Shown here piece after piece: positions 52,553 through 62,576 of a stretch of DNA of 64,000 bases. Numbering within the stretch: the stretch's first letter is position 1; each line of letters opens with the position of its first letter. The translations under genes and the position numbers were made by a program. The notes under the pieces were generated by a model. That model saw nothing but the letters and a program-made list of their open reading frames with translations. It was not told the DNA's origin and ran no database searches. Source of the DNA: Podarcis vaucheri (lineage: Eukaryota); the NCBI GenBank assembly GCA_965113315.1, contig OZ220364.1; one strand, 5' to 3'.

Positions 52553-53897
52553 TCTTACCCACTTTTTCTGCCTCCTGACTCTTCTTCTCGATGTAAGGGT
52601 TTACATCCTCGCCCCAGTAGTTAGGATCTGTGAGGTCCCATCGAGTGGTGGGGTGGAGAGAGGCATTCCTCCGGAAGTTCTCGTCGTACGTCAAAGCAGC
52701 GTTTTCACCTGCCAGGGCCCGAGCTCGCCTCACATGAGCCTGGTAAGCTACTAAATCCATGGCGCGGTGGGGGTAAGCTGCGCAAACTACACCCATGAAA
52801 ACCTGGTACCCGTCTAACCAGTTCTCAAATGTGCGCTCCGCCCTGGGCGATCTATATTTCCTTCTACCATAAGAGCGTCTTTTTTCACCTTTTCCTGTTA
52901 TTTTTGTTGGGGGGAGCAGGGTAAACATATCCACGTAATCCCCGTTGAGGATCTTATTCCTCTTCCTATGTGACAAGTGGTTTCCCAGAATGAAGTCTGT
53001 GGGCTGATTGGTAGCAACCTTAACGTCCTCTACCAATGTCCCATCCTTCCAATACAAAACCCCGTTAAAAACCTTTCGGTGGGAATTGGCCCTCCTTTCA
53101 TGAGCCCAAAGGGGGATCCCATGGTTGGACTCCCCAATACCCCAATAGCCATCCATTGGCCCTTCAGAATCAGAATCTGAAGAGGACGTACCTGATTCCT
53201 CCTCCTCGGTGTCCGAATGCCTGCTCCTCTTCTTTTTTGCCGACGTGTGCTTCTTTTTGGACTTCCTCTTACCCCCTTGTGGCACGCCGGGAGTGGCGTC
53301 GGCCAATGGCTGAGATGGCTGATTCTCCCCCAGTTCCCCTTCGGAACCAGAACCCGCGCTGTCCTCAGTGGAACTGCGCGCCTGCTGCTCCTGAAAGGCA
53401 CTTGGTATACCTATAGCTTGAGAGATGGTGTTACTGCCGCTCCCTTTTCTGGGTGCCTTCCCCTTACCTTTGCCCTTTGCTGGGGCCTTGGCTTTACTGG
53501 TAGCTTGTGTTGCTTTTTTAGAGCGGGCGGACTGCGCCCGCGTACCGGGTCGGCCACTAGCTACGGCAACGGGCTGAGCACCGGCTGTCGATGCAGCCGC
53601 CTGGGCACCGGCTGCTGGTGGGACCGATTGTGCCCCAGCCGTCACTGTAGCCGAGGGCCCTGACAGCCCCTGGTTGGAGGGGGGAGTATCAGGTATTACG
53701 TCCTGCGAAGGCTCTAGAGCGGGCAGCGCCGAGGACCCTGGTCTACATTGCCTATAAAGAGTTTCGAACATCCTGAAAAACTGTTGTAAAGATTGAGGAT
53801 CATAAGGTAAGGCTGAAGCCTGCGCGCCCCCATTACTTGTGGAGGGGACCGGCTGGTCGCCGCCAGTGGTGGACTGCTGATTTTCTCCGGAATCCAT
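52329..53897 (-). CDS. Gag-like ORF1 of the Ngaro-like element (522 aa)
   Basis: Low-complexity basic/acidic N-half, YDENFR..RWD motif, C-terminal CCCH+CCHC fingers (CWEFNRGVCSRPSCKYLHECEQCWGNHPASAC). Confidence 0.85.
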   Translation of the reverse strand: MDSGENQQSTTGGDQPVPSTSNGGAQASALPYDPQSLQQFFRMFETLYRQCRPGSSALPALEPSQDVIPDTPPSNQGLSGPSATVTAGAQSVPPAAGAQAAASTAGAQPVAVASGRPGTRAQSARSKKATQATSKAKAPAKGKGKGKAPRKGSGSNTISQAIGIPSAFQEQQARSSTEDSAGSGSEGELGENQPSQPLADATPGVPQGGKRKSKKKHTSAKKKRSRHSDTEEEESGTSSSDSDSEGPMDGYWGIGESNHGIPLWAHERRANSHRKVFNGVLYWKDGTLVEDVKVATNQPTDFILGNHLSHRKRNKILNGDYVDMFTLLPPTKITGKGEKRRSYGRRKYRSPRAERTFENWLDGYQVFMGVVCAAYPHRAMDLVAYQAHVRRARALAGENAALTYDENFRRNASLHPTTRWDLTDPNYWGEDVNPYIEKKSQEAEKVGKIEPKKRRQCWEFNRGVCSRPSCKYLHECEQCWGNHPASACFKNKPQPFRGGRGYFLNNPRGAPGASRQGPGNRQ

Positions 53898-54125
53898 GAC
53901 TGCTGAGCAAATTTAGAATGTGTAAGCAAATCAGATACTATCCGCAAAACCTGAGGGTGTATGTGGCTGCAGGGATATTATTAGCTAACTGCCTCCCGCA
54001 GATGGGAGTCTGTCAAGTTCAGTACGTTCTACACTGGCAGGAGCTTGGGAGAAGGGATCCGCCTTCTAAACAATTTCAACTTGTTTGTTTATTTATTTAT
54101 TTATTTATTTATTTTTATTTTATTT

Positions 54126-54158
<33 letters not shown>

Positions 54159-54161
<3 letters not shown>

Positions 54162-54395
54162 AGGTTTTGGTGTCTTCGGGTGTCTTCCCGTGTAAGAGTC
54201 GGGGTGTCTGTGCGACGTTTCGACGAGGTCTCACTCGTCATCTTCAGGCTGGTGCTTTCGGCTTCTTGTTACTGGAACAGAGCAGAATCTGGTGTTTGAG
54301 TTCCTATAAATACTGTTGAGGGGTGTGGTGTATAGCCTCCAACGTTCTGGGCAGAGATTTGCAATCTACGAACGTAGATTTGCAATCTACGAAAG
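54159..54395 (-). mobile_element. Penelope-like element fragment nested in (TA)n inside the Ngaro-like leader
   Basis: Contains a PLE-type minimal hammerhead motif; (TA)n/(TATG) runs on both sides. Confidence 0.65.
54212..54249 (-). ncRNA. Minimal type I hammerhead ribozyme motif (Penelope type)
   Basis: Minus strand reads GC-CUGAAGA-U-GACGAG-ugagac-CUCGUC-GAAAC-GUC-GC: conserved core, 6-bp stem II, but only ~2 bp of stem I. Confidence 0.65.
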
Positions 54396-54701
54396 CAAAT
54401 ATATATATATGTATATATGTATATATATATACCTATATATTATCTAATTATTTGTTGTGTATATATATATATGTAGTCAGATTATCGTAGTATATTAACC
54501 CTAAATGTTATAACTTATAAATCCCACTTATAAATGTAAATCACAGAAATAACTATGTGTTCTACTTGCCTGAGCTACTCCTCCTACCAGTCAATCTCAA
54601 TATATGAGACTAAAAGTGCAGATATTAACTTTGCAGTAAAACAGTAAAATGAAATATATTCCACCTTCTTCTAGCAATCTGATGTTTAACTTTTTAACAC
54701 C

Positions 54702-54746
54702 TGGTCTCCCATCCAATTTGAGACCACGTTGGACCCTGCTTAGCTT
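54702..54746 (-). promoter_or_regulatory. 5S rRNA-derived internal control region (A box and C box), not a full 5S gene
   Basis: AAGCTAAGCAGGGTC-N15-TTGGATGGGAGACC: both blocks and the 15-nt spacing match vertebrate 5S rRNA; spacer and flanks are diverged. Confidence 0.8.
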
Positions 54747-54884
54747 TGCAAATGTGCTAGCAGTTTTATTGCTGCACCACCAGGGGGACTCTCCAATCTT
54801 GAGGGAAACAGGAGCTTAACTTCCAAGAGCTAACAAAAGCTTAGCTAGTATTTAAGCCGCTAAAGCCAATATACTATCTAACAC

Positions 54885-55170
54885 TACTAGGCAAATAAGC
54901 CAACCTGATAGGTACACAACCACAGAATAAAATAACTAGGAATTAAATCACAGGCTGCTGCCAAATTACAGGAATAAAATAACTAGAATTAAGTAATTAA
55001 AGGAACAAAATAACTAGGCAAATAAGCAACCTGATGAGCACACAACCACAGGCTGCTGCTGAATTAAAGGAATAAATTAACTAGGAATTAAGTAATATAA
55101 GGAACAAAATAACTTGGCAAATAAGCTACCTGATAAGCACACCATTACGGGCTGCTGCCAAATTAAAGGG
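54885..55170. repeat. Imperfect tandem repeat, ~3 units of ~110-130 bp
   Basis: GGCAAATAAGC..ACCTGAT..CACA..GGCTGCTGC..AATTA recurring at ~54888, ~55016, ~55125. Confidence 0.8.
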
Positions 55171-56169
55171 CTAAAGGAGCGGGAGAAGGACGCACGGAGC
55201 GACAGCAGGCGAGGGGAGGAATCGGCTCCAAAGAGCAAGGAGGTTTAAACGAACCCCACAGAGAAGGGAGACCTGGCAAGCGTGTGTTACCCTTTCCAAG
55301 CGCAGGATCGAGATTCCAGCTCCAGCAAAGACAGAGGTCCCGCTAGTGATTTCAGCTCCGGCTGAAGGTGAGGGCAGCTGAACGCAGTTGAAAAAAAACA
55401 AATCCCACGACGCTTGAACAGGCTTGAGGAAGACCGGGTAAGAGATCAAAACCTCTCAGCTGGTCGGGAGTGAAGAGGGCGGACCCTGGGCGTGCCCGGC
55501 TTAAAATACCTTAAGCCACGCCTCCCCCCGGCCCGCCGATAGGCGGGCGGGGTCGCGAGCACGCCCAGGGATTCCCCCAACTCTCGCGGGGGCCAAGGTT
55601 AGCCCCCGCGCTTGGGGAGGAGGGGCTAGACCGCAACACCCTCTCCTCCCTATAGTCGGAAATGGCTTTGCAGGTCCCACTGCCTTGAAGAAACTTTTGT
55701 GCAACAGGTGGATGGGGGGGCATTTTAATAATCGTTTTAATATTTTCCCGTTTAGATTAAAATGAGGATAGATGACTTTTTAGAAGTTTGATTCTATAAA
55801 ACGATCGCTTTCCCCGTTTTTAGCTGCTTTTATTTTAGCAGTAAGCCGCTTTGAGTCCCTGTCAGGGGAAAAAGCAGAGACGAAATTAGGCTTTCTTTCA
55901 CCCTGTTCAAAGACCCAATTTGGAACCCCCTCGTTATAAATTCTCTCTCCCGGGACGGCGGAAGATTTTACCAATGGCCTGTCCATTTAATGAGGTGGGT
56001 TCTTTTTTTCTTCAGCCTCCCTTTCTCTGACTTTTTATGTTTAAGAGAAAGAATTAAATCTTAGGAAACACACAAGCAGGCGGTCAGATTCTGGGCTAAC
56101 TTTGAAAGAAACTGCATGGGCTTCTGCCCTCATAGAGGTAGAAGATTCGCCAAAAGCACTGCTAGTTCC

Positions 56170-56830
56170 TCTTGACACACTTCCGGTCTAAAATGGAACA
56201 AGTTCTCCACTCAGGCTTCCCATGCAAGGTATAGGCCTCTTCCCTCAAATGACGCAAGCGAGCGACGCCCATGGAGAAGCCCCTGACCAACGGCGGCCTT
56301 CAATCTTTTACCGTAAGTTTAGCCTGTGTGTGTGACTCTTAACTCTTTCTTATCTCTCTCTGGTGACTCCCCCTTTACGACGTCTACGGGTCCTACCATC
56401 TTTCTCCTGCGCATGCGGATGTCTTGCCTCATCTCTGATTCCCCCCCCTTCCTCCTCCCGCGCATGCGCTCTTCCCTCTCCTCCTGCCGAGCTGCCGGGG
56501 TTAAGGCGGCAAGATGGCGGCGTCCTCTGTGTGCCGGGCCGCGGGTTGTGTGGCCAGCCGGGCCCTTCTTCGGGGTCCTCACGCTCCGGTGAGTGCCTGA
56601 CCGGGTGGGCCGCTGACGGGGTGGAAGAGGAGGAGGAGGAAGGGGCGGCGGTGGTGGGCAGAGGGGGAGCGGACGAAGCGGGGAGTGTGTGCGGAGCCCG
56701 GGGGGAAGCCGCTCGCGAAGGTCACGGCGCCCGTCCAGGCCGCCCATTTCACCAGCCGGGCGAGGCCTAGTGGCTGAGAGCTGCCGGCGATGGAAGCGCA
56801 AATCGTGACATTCTACAGATACCGTGGGTT
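56170..56830 (+). promoter_or_regulatory. UQCRC1 CpG-island promoter with NRF1, ETS/GABP, CRE-like and YY1 motifs
   Basis: GC/CpG-rich. GCGCATGCG twice (~56409, ~56460; NRF1), CACTTCCGG at ~56178 (ETS/GABPA), TGACGCAA at ~56250, CAAGATGGCGGC over the ATG (YY1). Typical of nuclear respiratory-chain genes. Confidence 0.8.
56514..56588 (+). CDS. UQCRC1: UQCRC1 exon 1
   Basis: aagATGgcg start in CpG island, gtgagt donor. Confidence 0.92.
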
Positions 56831-59800
56831 GCAGCCCCCCCCACCAGCCTTCACGCCCCCCCCCCCGCTGCTGCTGCTGCTGTTGCTGGGGCGGTGCTCA
56901 TTTTGACAGCATCGCCACTTACCCTCCCATATCCCCACATTGGCCGTGTCCTTTGGAGCAAAAATAAAACGTGCCTCTGAGCACCTGCAGAGTGTTTTTC
57001 CTGCGCCCCGAGCAGCCTTTCTAAGACTTCATATGAGGGGGCAGGGTTTCTTTCTGAAGTCAAGCGGTCCAGTTCATTTTAGGCGTGTAGTACTGACCAC
57101 ATCTTGCTGGGTAGCGTTGTGGGAACACAGTCCAAAAAAAGAGGAAGAAACATGTTTTCCGAAACATTTGTGGCGGTAGTCCCAGAGCTCTTAAATTCAT
57201 TGTTGAGCTAAAGTGAGATTGGGCAGAAGTTGCCAACTTGCCACCGTTATGCGGATATAAAAATCTCTCCTTTTTTGTTTTTGTGTTGCAAAATAAGCTT
57301 CTGATGTGCGCACGTCAGATTTGATTCATGGGATAATGGAATTAGGAGTTCAGTTCTTTTAATGAAATTTGGGGTTGCTTTAATTGTTAGAGACGTTTTT
57401 CAAATGATTACATTGAATTTAAATAATGAGCTGTTTCTGTCATCAATCTATGTAGAAAGATAAGCATTATTTTGACTTAATATTTGGGGCAGGTTTAATA
57501 CCTTTAAGTTTAATGTTCTGCTACAGGTAATTTATATGCCTTGTGGTGTTCATTTGTGTATTTCCCCAAGTGCATTTGCAAAGATTTAATGTAGGAATTC
57601 ACAAGTTTATTTGGGGAAACCTCATTTTTCACTTTAAAAGATGTAGTTTTCAGTACTGGAAGGAAGATTTCATAAGGCATTCTTTTTAGTTAATAGTACA
57701 ACGATTGTAAAGCTTTTTTCTGCAAATCCTCCTGAACAGGTAATTTTGGAGTTGATGTATTTGGCACCCCTCTGTGGATGGGTGGCATTGGGGTCTACGA
57801 AATGCCTGCTTCCGTTTGCAATTTCAGTGGCTAGGGAGGCATGACATAGAATTGCTCATCATTACACTTTGACGATGCACATGCTAAGCTGGTGGGCAGT
57901 AATCTGAGGCAGTCCTATTTATGAAAGATGTAGGTTATAGTGAGATTTATACATTAGAACCAAAATGGTCAAAGGCCTGGAAACGATGCCTTATGAGGAA
58001 CGGCTAAGGGAGCTGGGCATGTTTAGCCTGGAGAAGAGGAGGTTAAGGGGTGATATGATAGCCATGTTCAAATATATAAAAGGATGTCACATAGAGGAGG
58101 GAGAAAGGTTGTTTTCTGCTGCTCCAGAGAAGCGGACACGGAGCAATGGATCCAAACTACAAGAAAGAAGATTCCACCTAAACATTAGGAAGAACTTCCT
58201 GACAGTAAGAGCTGTTCGCCAGTGGAATTTGCTGCCAAGGAGTGTGGTGGAGTCTCCTACTTTGGAGGTCTTTAAGCAGAGGCTTGACAACCATATGTCA
58301 GGAGTGCTCTGATGGTGTTTCCTGCTTGGCAGGGGGTTGGACTCGATGGCCCTTGTGGTCTCTTCCAACTCTATGATTCTATGATTCTATGAAATGGGAC
58401 TGGATGGAGAATTTGTCATTTTCAGTTTTGTAATTTAGATACCACTTACCTGCTACTGCCAAATGGCAATATCTTTAATAGCAGCACCTTTTATAGTGAC
58501 TATTTATAGACCATTGACTTTGAGTGCTTTGGGCTCTCCTTTATTGCCGGGGCAAATAACTGGGTTTTTGCAGAAAGCTAAATTTTAAATAGTTGTTTAT
58601 AAATGTTTATTGCAATGTTGTAGATGGGATGTTTCAGATCTTAGAGACAAAATACAATAAAAGTGTGCTACATTCAGCTCAGTCAATGGAAAGTTGTAAA
58701 GCCATCTCTCTGTAGTGCTTCTTTATATTTAAAATTGAGGTTGATTGAACAAAAATTGATTTTCTGCTGTGTTGGACCCTTATAGAAAGGAATTGGTTAG
58801 GTCAGTTAGATACCGGTGATGTAATACAGTGGACGCTCGGGTTGTGAATGTGAAAACGTGTAACCTGAAGCGTCTGTAACTCGAGGTGTGACTGTATTGA
58901 AAACTCCATTCAGGTATATGATGTATGCATATACCATGGTGTCCTCTTTCTGATCAGAAGTTATTTTTTGTATTAATGCTGGGATATTTTTTTTGGTGGT
59001 GGTCACATTTCATCAGGTGGTTTCTGTAACAACTTAAAATTGCATACAAGTAATTTTTCACATGTATCTGATGTCTTTATATGACTCTTCGTGTATATAT
59101 CTTGTTATATGAATTGTGCTTTTGACAATAAACTTTTCTTTAGCCAGCTTTATGGAGTTTGACAAGAAGAGGAAGCACTGCATCTTATGCTCAGGTGCTG
59201 CATAATATTCCTGAGACACATGTCACCACTCTAGACAATGGCTTACATGTGGCTTCTGAACAATCTGGCCAGCCTACTTGTACGGTAAGCATAATATGGG
59301 GTTCTGAAAATTATTAGAGTCTCTGTTGTTTCAGTTGGGCCTATCTTCAGTTAAAGTTTGCTATTTTTTATTTAAGTGTATAACCTGCCATCTTTCTGAG
59401 TTTCAAGTTAAAAAGTACTATTTTTGAAAAACAGAAAATAAAATTCTAAAAGATAAATATCAAACTAAATGAGGAGCAAACACTAAATAATTCCTCTCAC
59501 TGATTCAAAAAAATGTTCTGACTTCAGTGACTCTCCAGGAAAAGGAATTCACAGCTATGAAGTAGCAACTGACAGTGCATCTTTGGATTTTGCTTGCTTG
59601 TTCTTTGCTTGTTGCTGATCAATGGCAGTGATTCTCAGATTTTATTCTGAAGAACCCTAAGGTTCCTGTGGAAGCTTATCTGGGGCTTCTCCGTGAGAAG
59701 GCCAGAATGACAGGCAAATGTTCCTGAAACATGCCCAGCGCAACTGATCTACTCTTCAGCGTATAGCCGTTGAGTATTTTCTTGGGTTCAGTTTCAGTTC

Positions 59801-62576
59801 AGGCAGGGCAACAGTGAGGACCAGCTGGCCGAGCCATTCCCTAAAATATGCTTCAGAATCTTCTACAAGGCACACAGGACCTCTGACCTCAGTAGACAAG
59901 TCAACGTGGAAAGATTTCTCTCAAGGTTAATGTCTATAAACAACTCACCTAGAGTGGTGATAGACATTGTAAGAAGATACAGGAAGAACGTATCTTGGTC
60001 ATATGAGGTTTAAATGGCTCTGAAAAGTGTATGAAAGGCTAGTGAAATTCTGGAGCGTATTACGCTTTTGACATCCCATTGGCATATTTACTGGTTTCTG
60101 CCCATTATAGGCTTCAAATATTCTTAAACAGCAGCCCTGTTTTTAGGACTTACTATAATGGCCACTTCATAGTTTTAAAAACAGTTTGCTGCTAAAGGAA
60201 AGAATTGCTCTTCTTACTAAAACACTCTTCTATAATGTAACTGGCTCACTTGGAGTACCTTAAGGCCATGGAGTAGAATAAATAACTTCAGCCAGATTGC
60301 TAGAAATAGAGACACCTTTATTGTTCTAATAAGCTGTACCTACACTCAAGCCATTCCTAGGCATAAAATAATAAAAGGCAATATATGACAATATTTTAAA
60401 AGGCATTGCTGCATATAATCAGTGGGATAAAAATTAAGATTTTAAGAGCCTAAAATAATGAAAAGGTCTTAATCTGGCATGAAAACAGCCATAAGAAAGG
60501 TGCCAGGCAAGCATCTTTGTGGTGGCTATTCCACACCAGGGGTCCCACCACTGAGGAGGCTTTAGAACCAAACCCCTGTTGTACTTTCAGCTCCAATTAT
60601 GCTTTGAACAAATTCAATTAGTAGAAAGGCTGTGCCTCAGTAAGAAAAGCCTTTGTGAACTACAAAATACAGGGAGAAATAGGGATTTAAGAGTGTAATT
60701 ATTCTTTGTGTAGTGGAAATTGTAGGTAAACTGCTTTCTGTGCACTCTGTCTTAATAGCAGACAAATGTCTGGAAAATTGGTCTAATATGTAATGTATTT
60801 ACTCATTGTTTCATTTTTGTCAGGTTGGGGTGTGGATCAGAGTGGGAAGCCGCTATGAAACTGAGAAGAACAATGGAGTTGGCAACTTTGTGGAACACCT
60901 GGCTTTCAAGGTGAGGTGACAAGTTATTCTCTTCTCAATATCCTCTATATATTTTTGGAGAGGTGTTTGTCTGTTCACTATGTATTTGAAGACCTCTGGC
61001 GCTGTGGGTTAAACCACAGAGCCTAGGACTTTCCGATCAGAAGATTGGTGGTTCGAATCCCTGCGACGGAGTGAGCTCCCAGTGTATGGTCCCTGCTCCT
61101 GCCAACCTAGCAGTTCGAAAGCACACCAAAGTGCAAGTAGATAAATAGGTACCGCTCCAGTGGGAAGGTAAATGGCATTTCTGTGTGCTGCTGTGGTTCG
61201 CCAGAAGCGGCTTAGTCATGCTGGCCACATGACCCGGAAGCTGTACGCCGGCTCCCTCGGCCAATAAAGCAAGAGTAGTGCCGCAACCCTAGAGTCGGCC
61301 ACGACTGGAACTAATGGTCAGGGGTCCCTTTACCTTTTTAAGGCTATTGTAACCAAATTTTGCATGATGTTTCCTTAGATCATGGAGCAGGCTTTTGTCT
61401 TGTTTGGATACAGTTGATTGGCATTTTGAATCCTGCTAGCCCCGTCAGCTAGAGTTCTGTTAAGCAAGGATCTTTCAGTCAGAATCCTTAGGATCTTAGC
61501 AGCCTGCTCTCCTTCCTCCTTCCCTAAGCATGATATTACCTCTGATCCTAGAATCATAGAGTTGGAAGAGACCACAAGGGCCATCCTTTATATCCCAGTC
61601 CACAAACAAACCAACATCAAAGATACATACTTTTGCTTTAATGCCTTTTACAGACCAGTATAACTGGAATTCACACTTTACCTCGTTTGTTTTTTAGTAT
61701 CTCATGAAATATTTATCAGCCAGCCAAGGTTAGCTCTGGGAAGCACATTAAGCGCATATTCCCTCCCAATTTCTTTTACACAGTCTTATTTCTTGACAAC
61801 CCACATAAAGATAATCAGGACAATACAAGTTAATAGGAAAAAGAAAGACCAACATTGGCAATGAGTGCATGACTTTGCTGTGATCTCTGGCAAGGACTTC
61901 TAGAAAAATCAGATTGATTGGATCATACCTATCTGATAGTTTCAGTATATTTGAGAAGAGCATGAATAACCTTTATAACGCTGCACTGATTCTTCTCTGA
62001 TCCACCATGATGTGTGCCTGTAAATTTAATCAGCCTGTTTTTAATTAATGTTTCTCCCATTCTCTGTGGCTGAAATCAAATTCTCATATTCCACTTCGTT
62101 GAGGAGAAAGAATAAAAATGTAATAAAGTGAATACCATGTCCTTTGTGTGGTGAATATTATTTGTACATATCCTCATGCAGGGAGAACTTGTGCCTACCA
62201 CATCAGAGTGAATTCTTTAAATGCTTAGCATTTTTAAGGCATTCTGAAAGAGACTACTTTTTAAAGATTTTTTTTAATGGACTTAAATGCTCTGTGGCAG
62301 TATTTTGTGACTGTTGAGTTGAATTTGTGTTCTGTTGTGCAATTTGAGAGTTTCCACATATGTTAAAAATTCTGGTGCTTCAGCTACTGTTACGTACTCA
62401 TTATGCCCCCAGATATCCAATTGTTTGTCTATCTGTATTTCTTTAGGGTACAAAGAAACGCCCTGGTCTTGAATTTGAAAAGGAAGTTGAGAGCATGGGT
62501 GCACATCTCAATAGTTACACCTCTCGTGAGCAGACTGCCTTCTTCATGAAAGCGTTAGCCAAAGATTTGCCCAAAG
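56514..62576 (+). CDS. UQCRC1: Cytochrome b-c1 complex subunit 1 (core protein 1), exons 1-4; gene continues past the window
   Basis: Exons 56514-56588 ([25 protein letters not shown], mitochondrial presequence), 59144-59284 (..[25 protein letters not shown]), 60824-60910 ([29 protein letters not shown]), 62447-62576 ([34 protein letters not shown]). All GT-AG with consistent phase; M16 peptidase-like. Confidence 0.95.
57958..58392 (+). mobile_element. CR1 LINE 3' fragment in UQCRC1 intron 1, same subfamily as 2168-3095
   Basis: Near-identical ORF2 C-terminus and (ATTCTATG)n tail. Confidence 0.95.
58827..58894. mobile_element. Small Tc1/mariner-type MITE remnant
   Basis: TA-CAGT..CTCGGGTT / AACTCGAG..ACTG-TA. 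Confidence 0.6.
59144..59284 (+). CDS. UQCRC1: UQCRC1 exon 2
   Basis: tttag/gtaagc; LDNGL.VASE motif. Confidence 0.94.
60824..60910 (+). CDS. UQCRC1: UQCRC1 exon 3
   Basis: tcag/gtgagg; GSRYE..NNG...EHLAFK. Confidence 0.95.
60990..61338 (+). mobile_element. Sauria SINE (BovB-dependent)
   Basis: tRNA-like head (GGTTCGAATCC B box), GTGCAAGTAGATAAATAGGTACC core, (ACCTTT)n tail. Confidence 0.9.
61549..61585 (-). mobile_element. Very short CR1 3' tip
   Basis: TAGAATCATAGAGTTGGAAGAGACCACAAGGGCCATC. Confidence 0.75.
62447..62576 (+). CDS. UQCRC1: UQCRC1 exon 4
   Basis: tttag/gtagtg; [10 protein letters not shown]. Confidence 0.95.

Larger units (their letters stand above)
49461..55676 (-). mobile_element. 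Tyrosine-recombinase retrotransposon (DIRS order, Ngaro-like), non-autonomous copy
   Basis: Same-strand gag, RT/RH, YR and SGNH frames; AATAAA near the 3' end (49541-49546 on -); flanked by the imperfect direct repeat TTGCGTGTC (49461) / TTGCAGGTC (55668); both ends homologous to the element at 33482-34096. Confidence 0.9.

Noticed and set aside
54702-54746. A bona fide 5S rRNA gene
   Set aside because: Only ~45 nt around the internal control region match; the 5' domain and 3' end are absent
55031-55070. CTGATGAG..GAAT in the leader tandem repeat as a second hammerhead
   Set aside because: No GAAA directly after a stem II, no NUH or stem I/III, and the core is not kept in the other repeat units
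54885-55170. CRISPR-like repeat-spacer array
   Set aside because: Eukaryotic context, degenerate units and non-unique spacers; a tandem repeat
40500-56100. TMEM89, which lies between SLC26A6 and UQCRC1 in human
   Set aside because: No recognisable exon seen by eye; TBLASTN would be needed to call absence
56319-56801. 160-aa minus-strand ORF and overlapping ORFs at the UQCRC1 start
   Set aside because: Stop-poor CpG island sequence with low-complexity translation
62170-62365. Possible intronic H/ACA snoRNA in UQCRC1 intron 3 (ACA near 62356)
   Set aside because: Could not build two convincing hairpins with an H box by eye; needs snoGPS or cmscan
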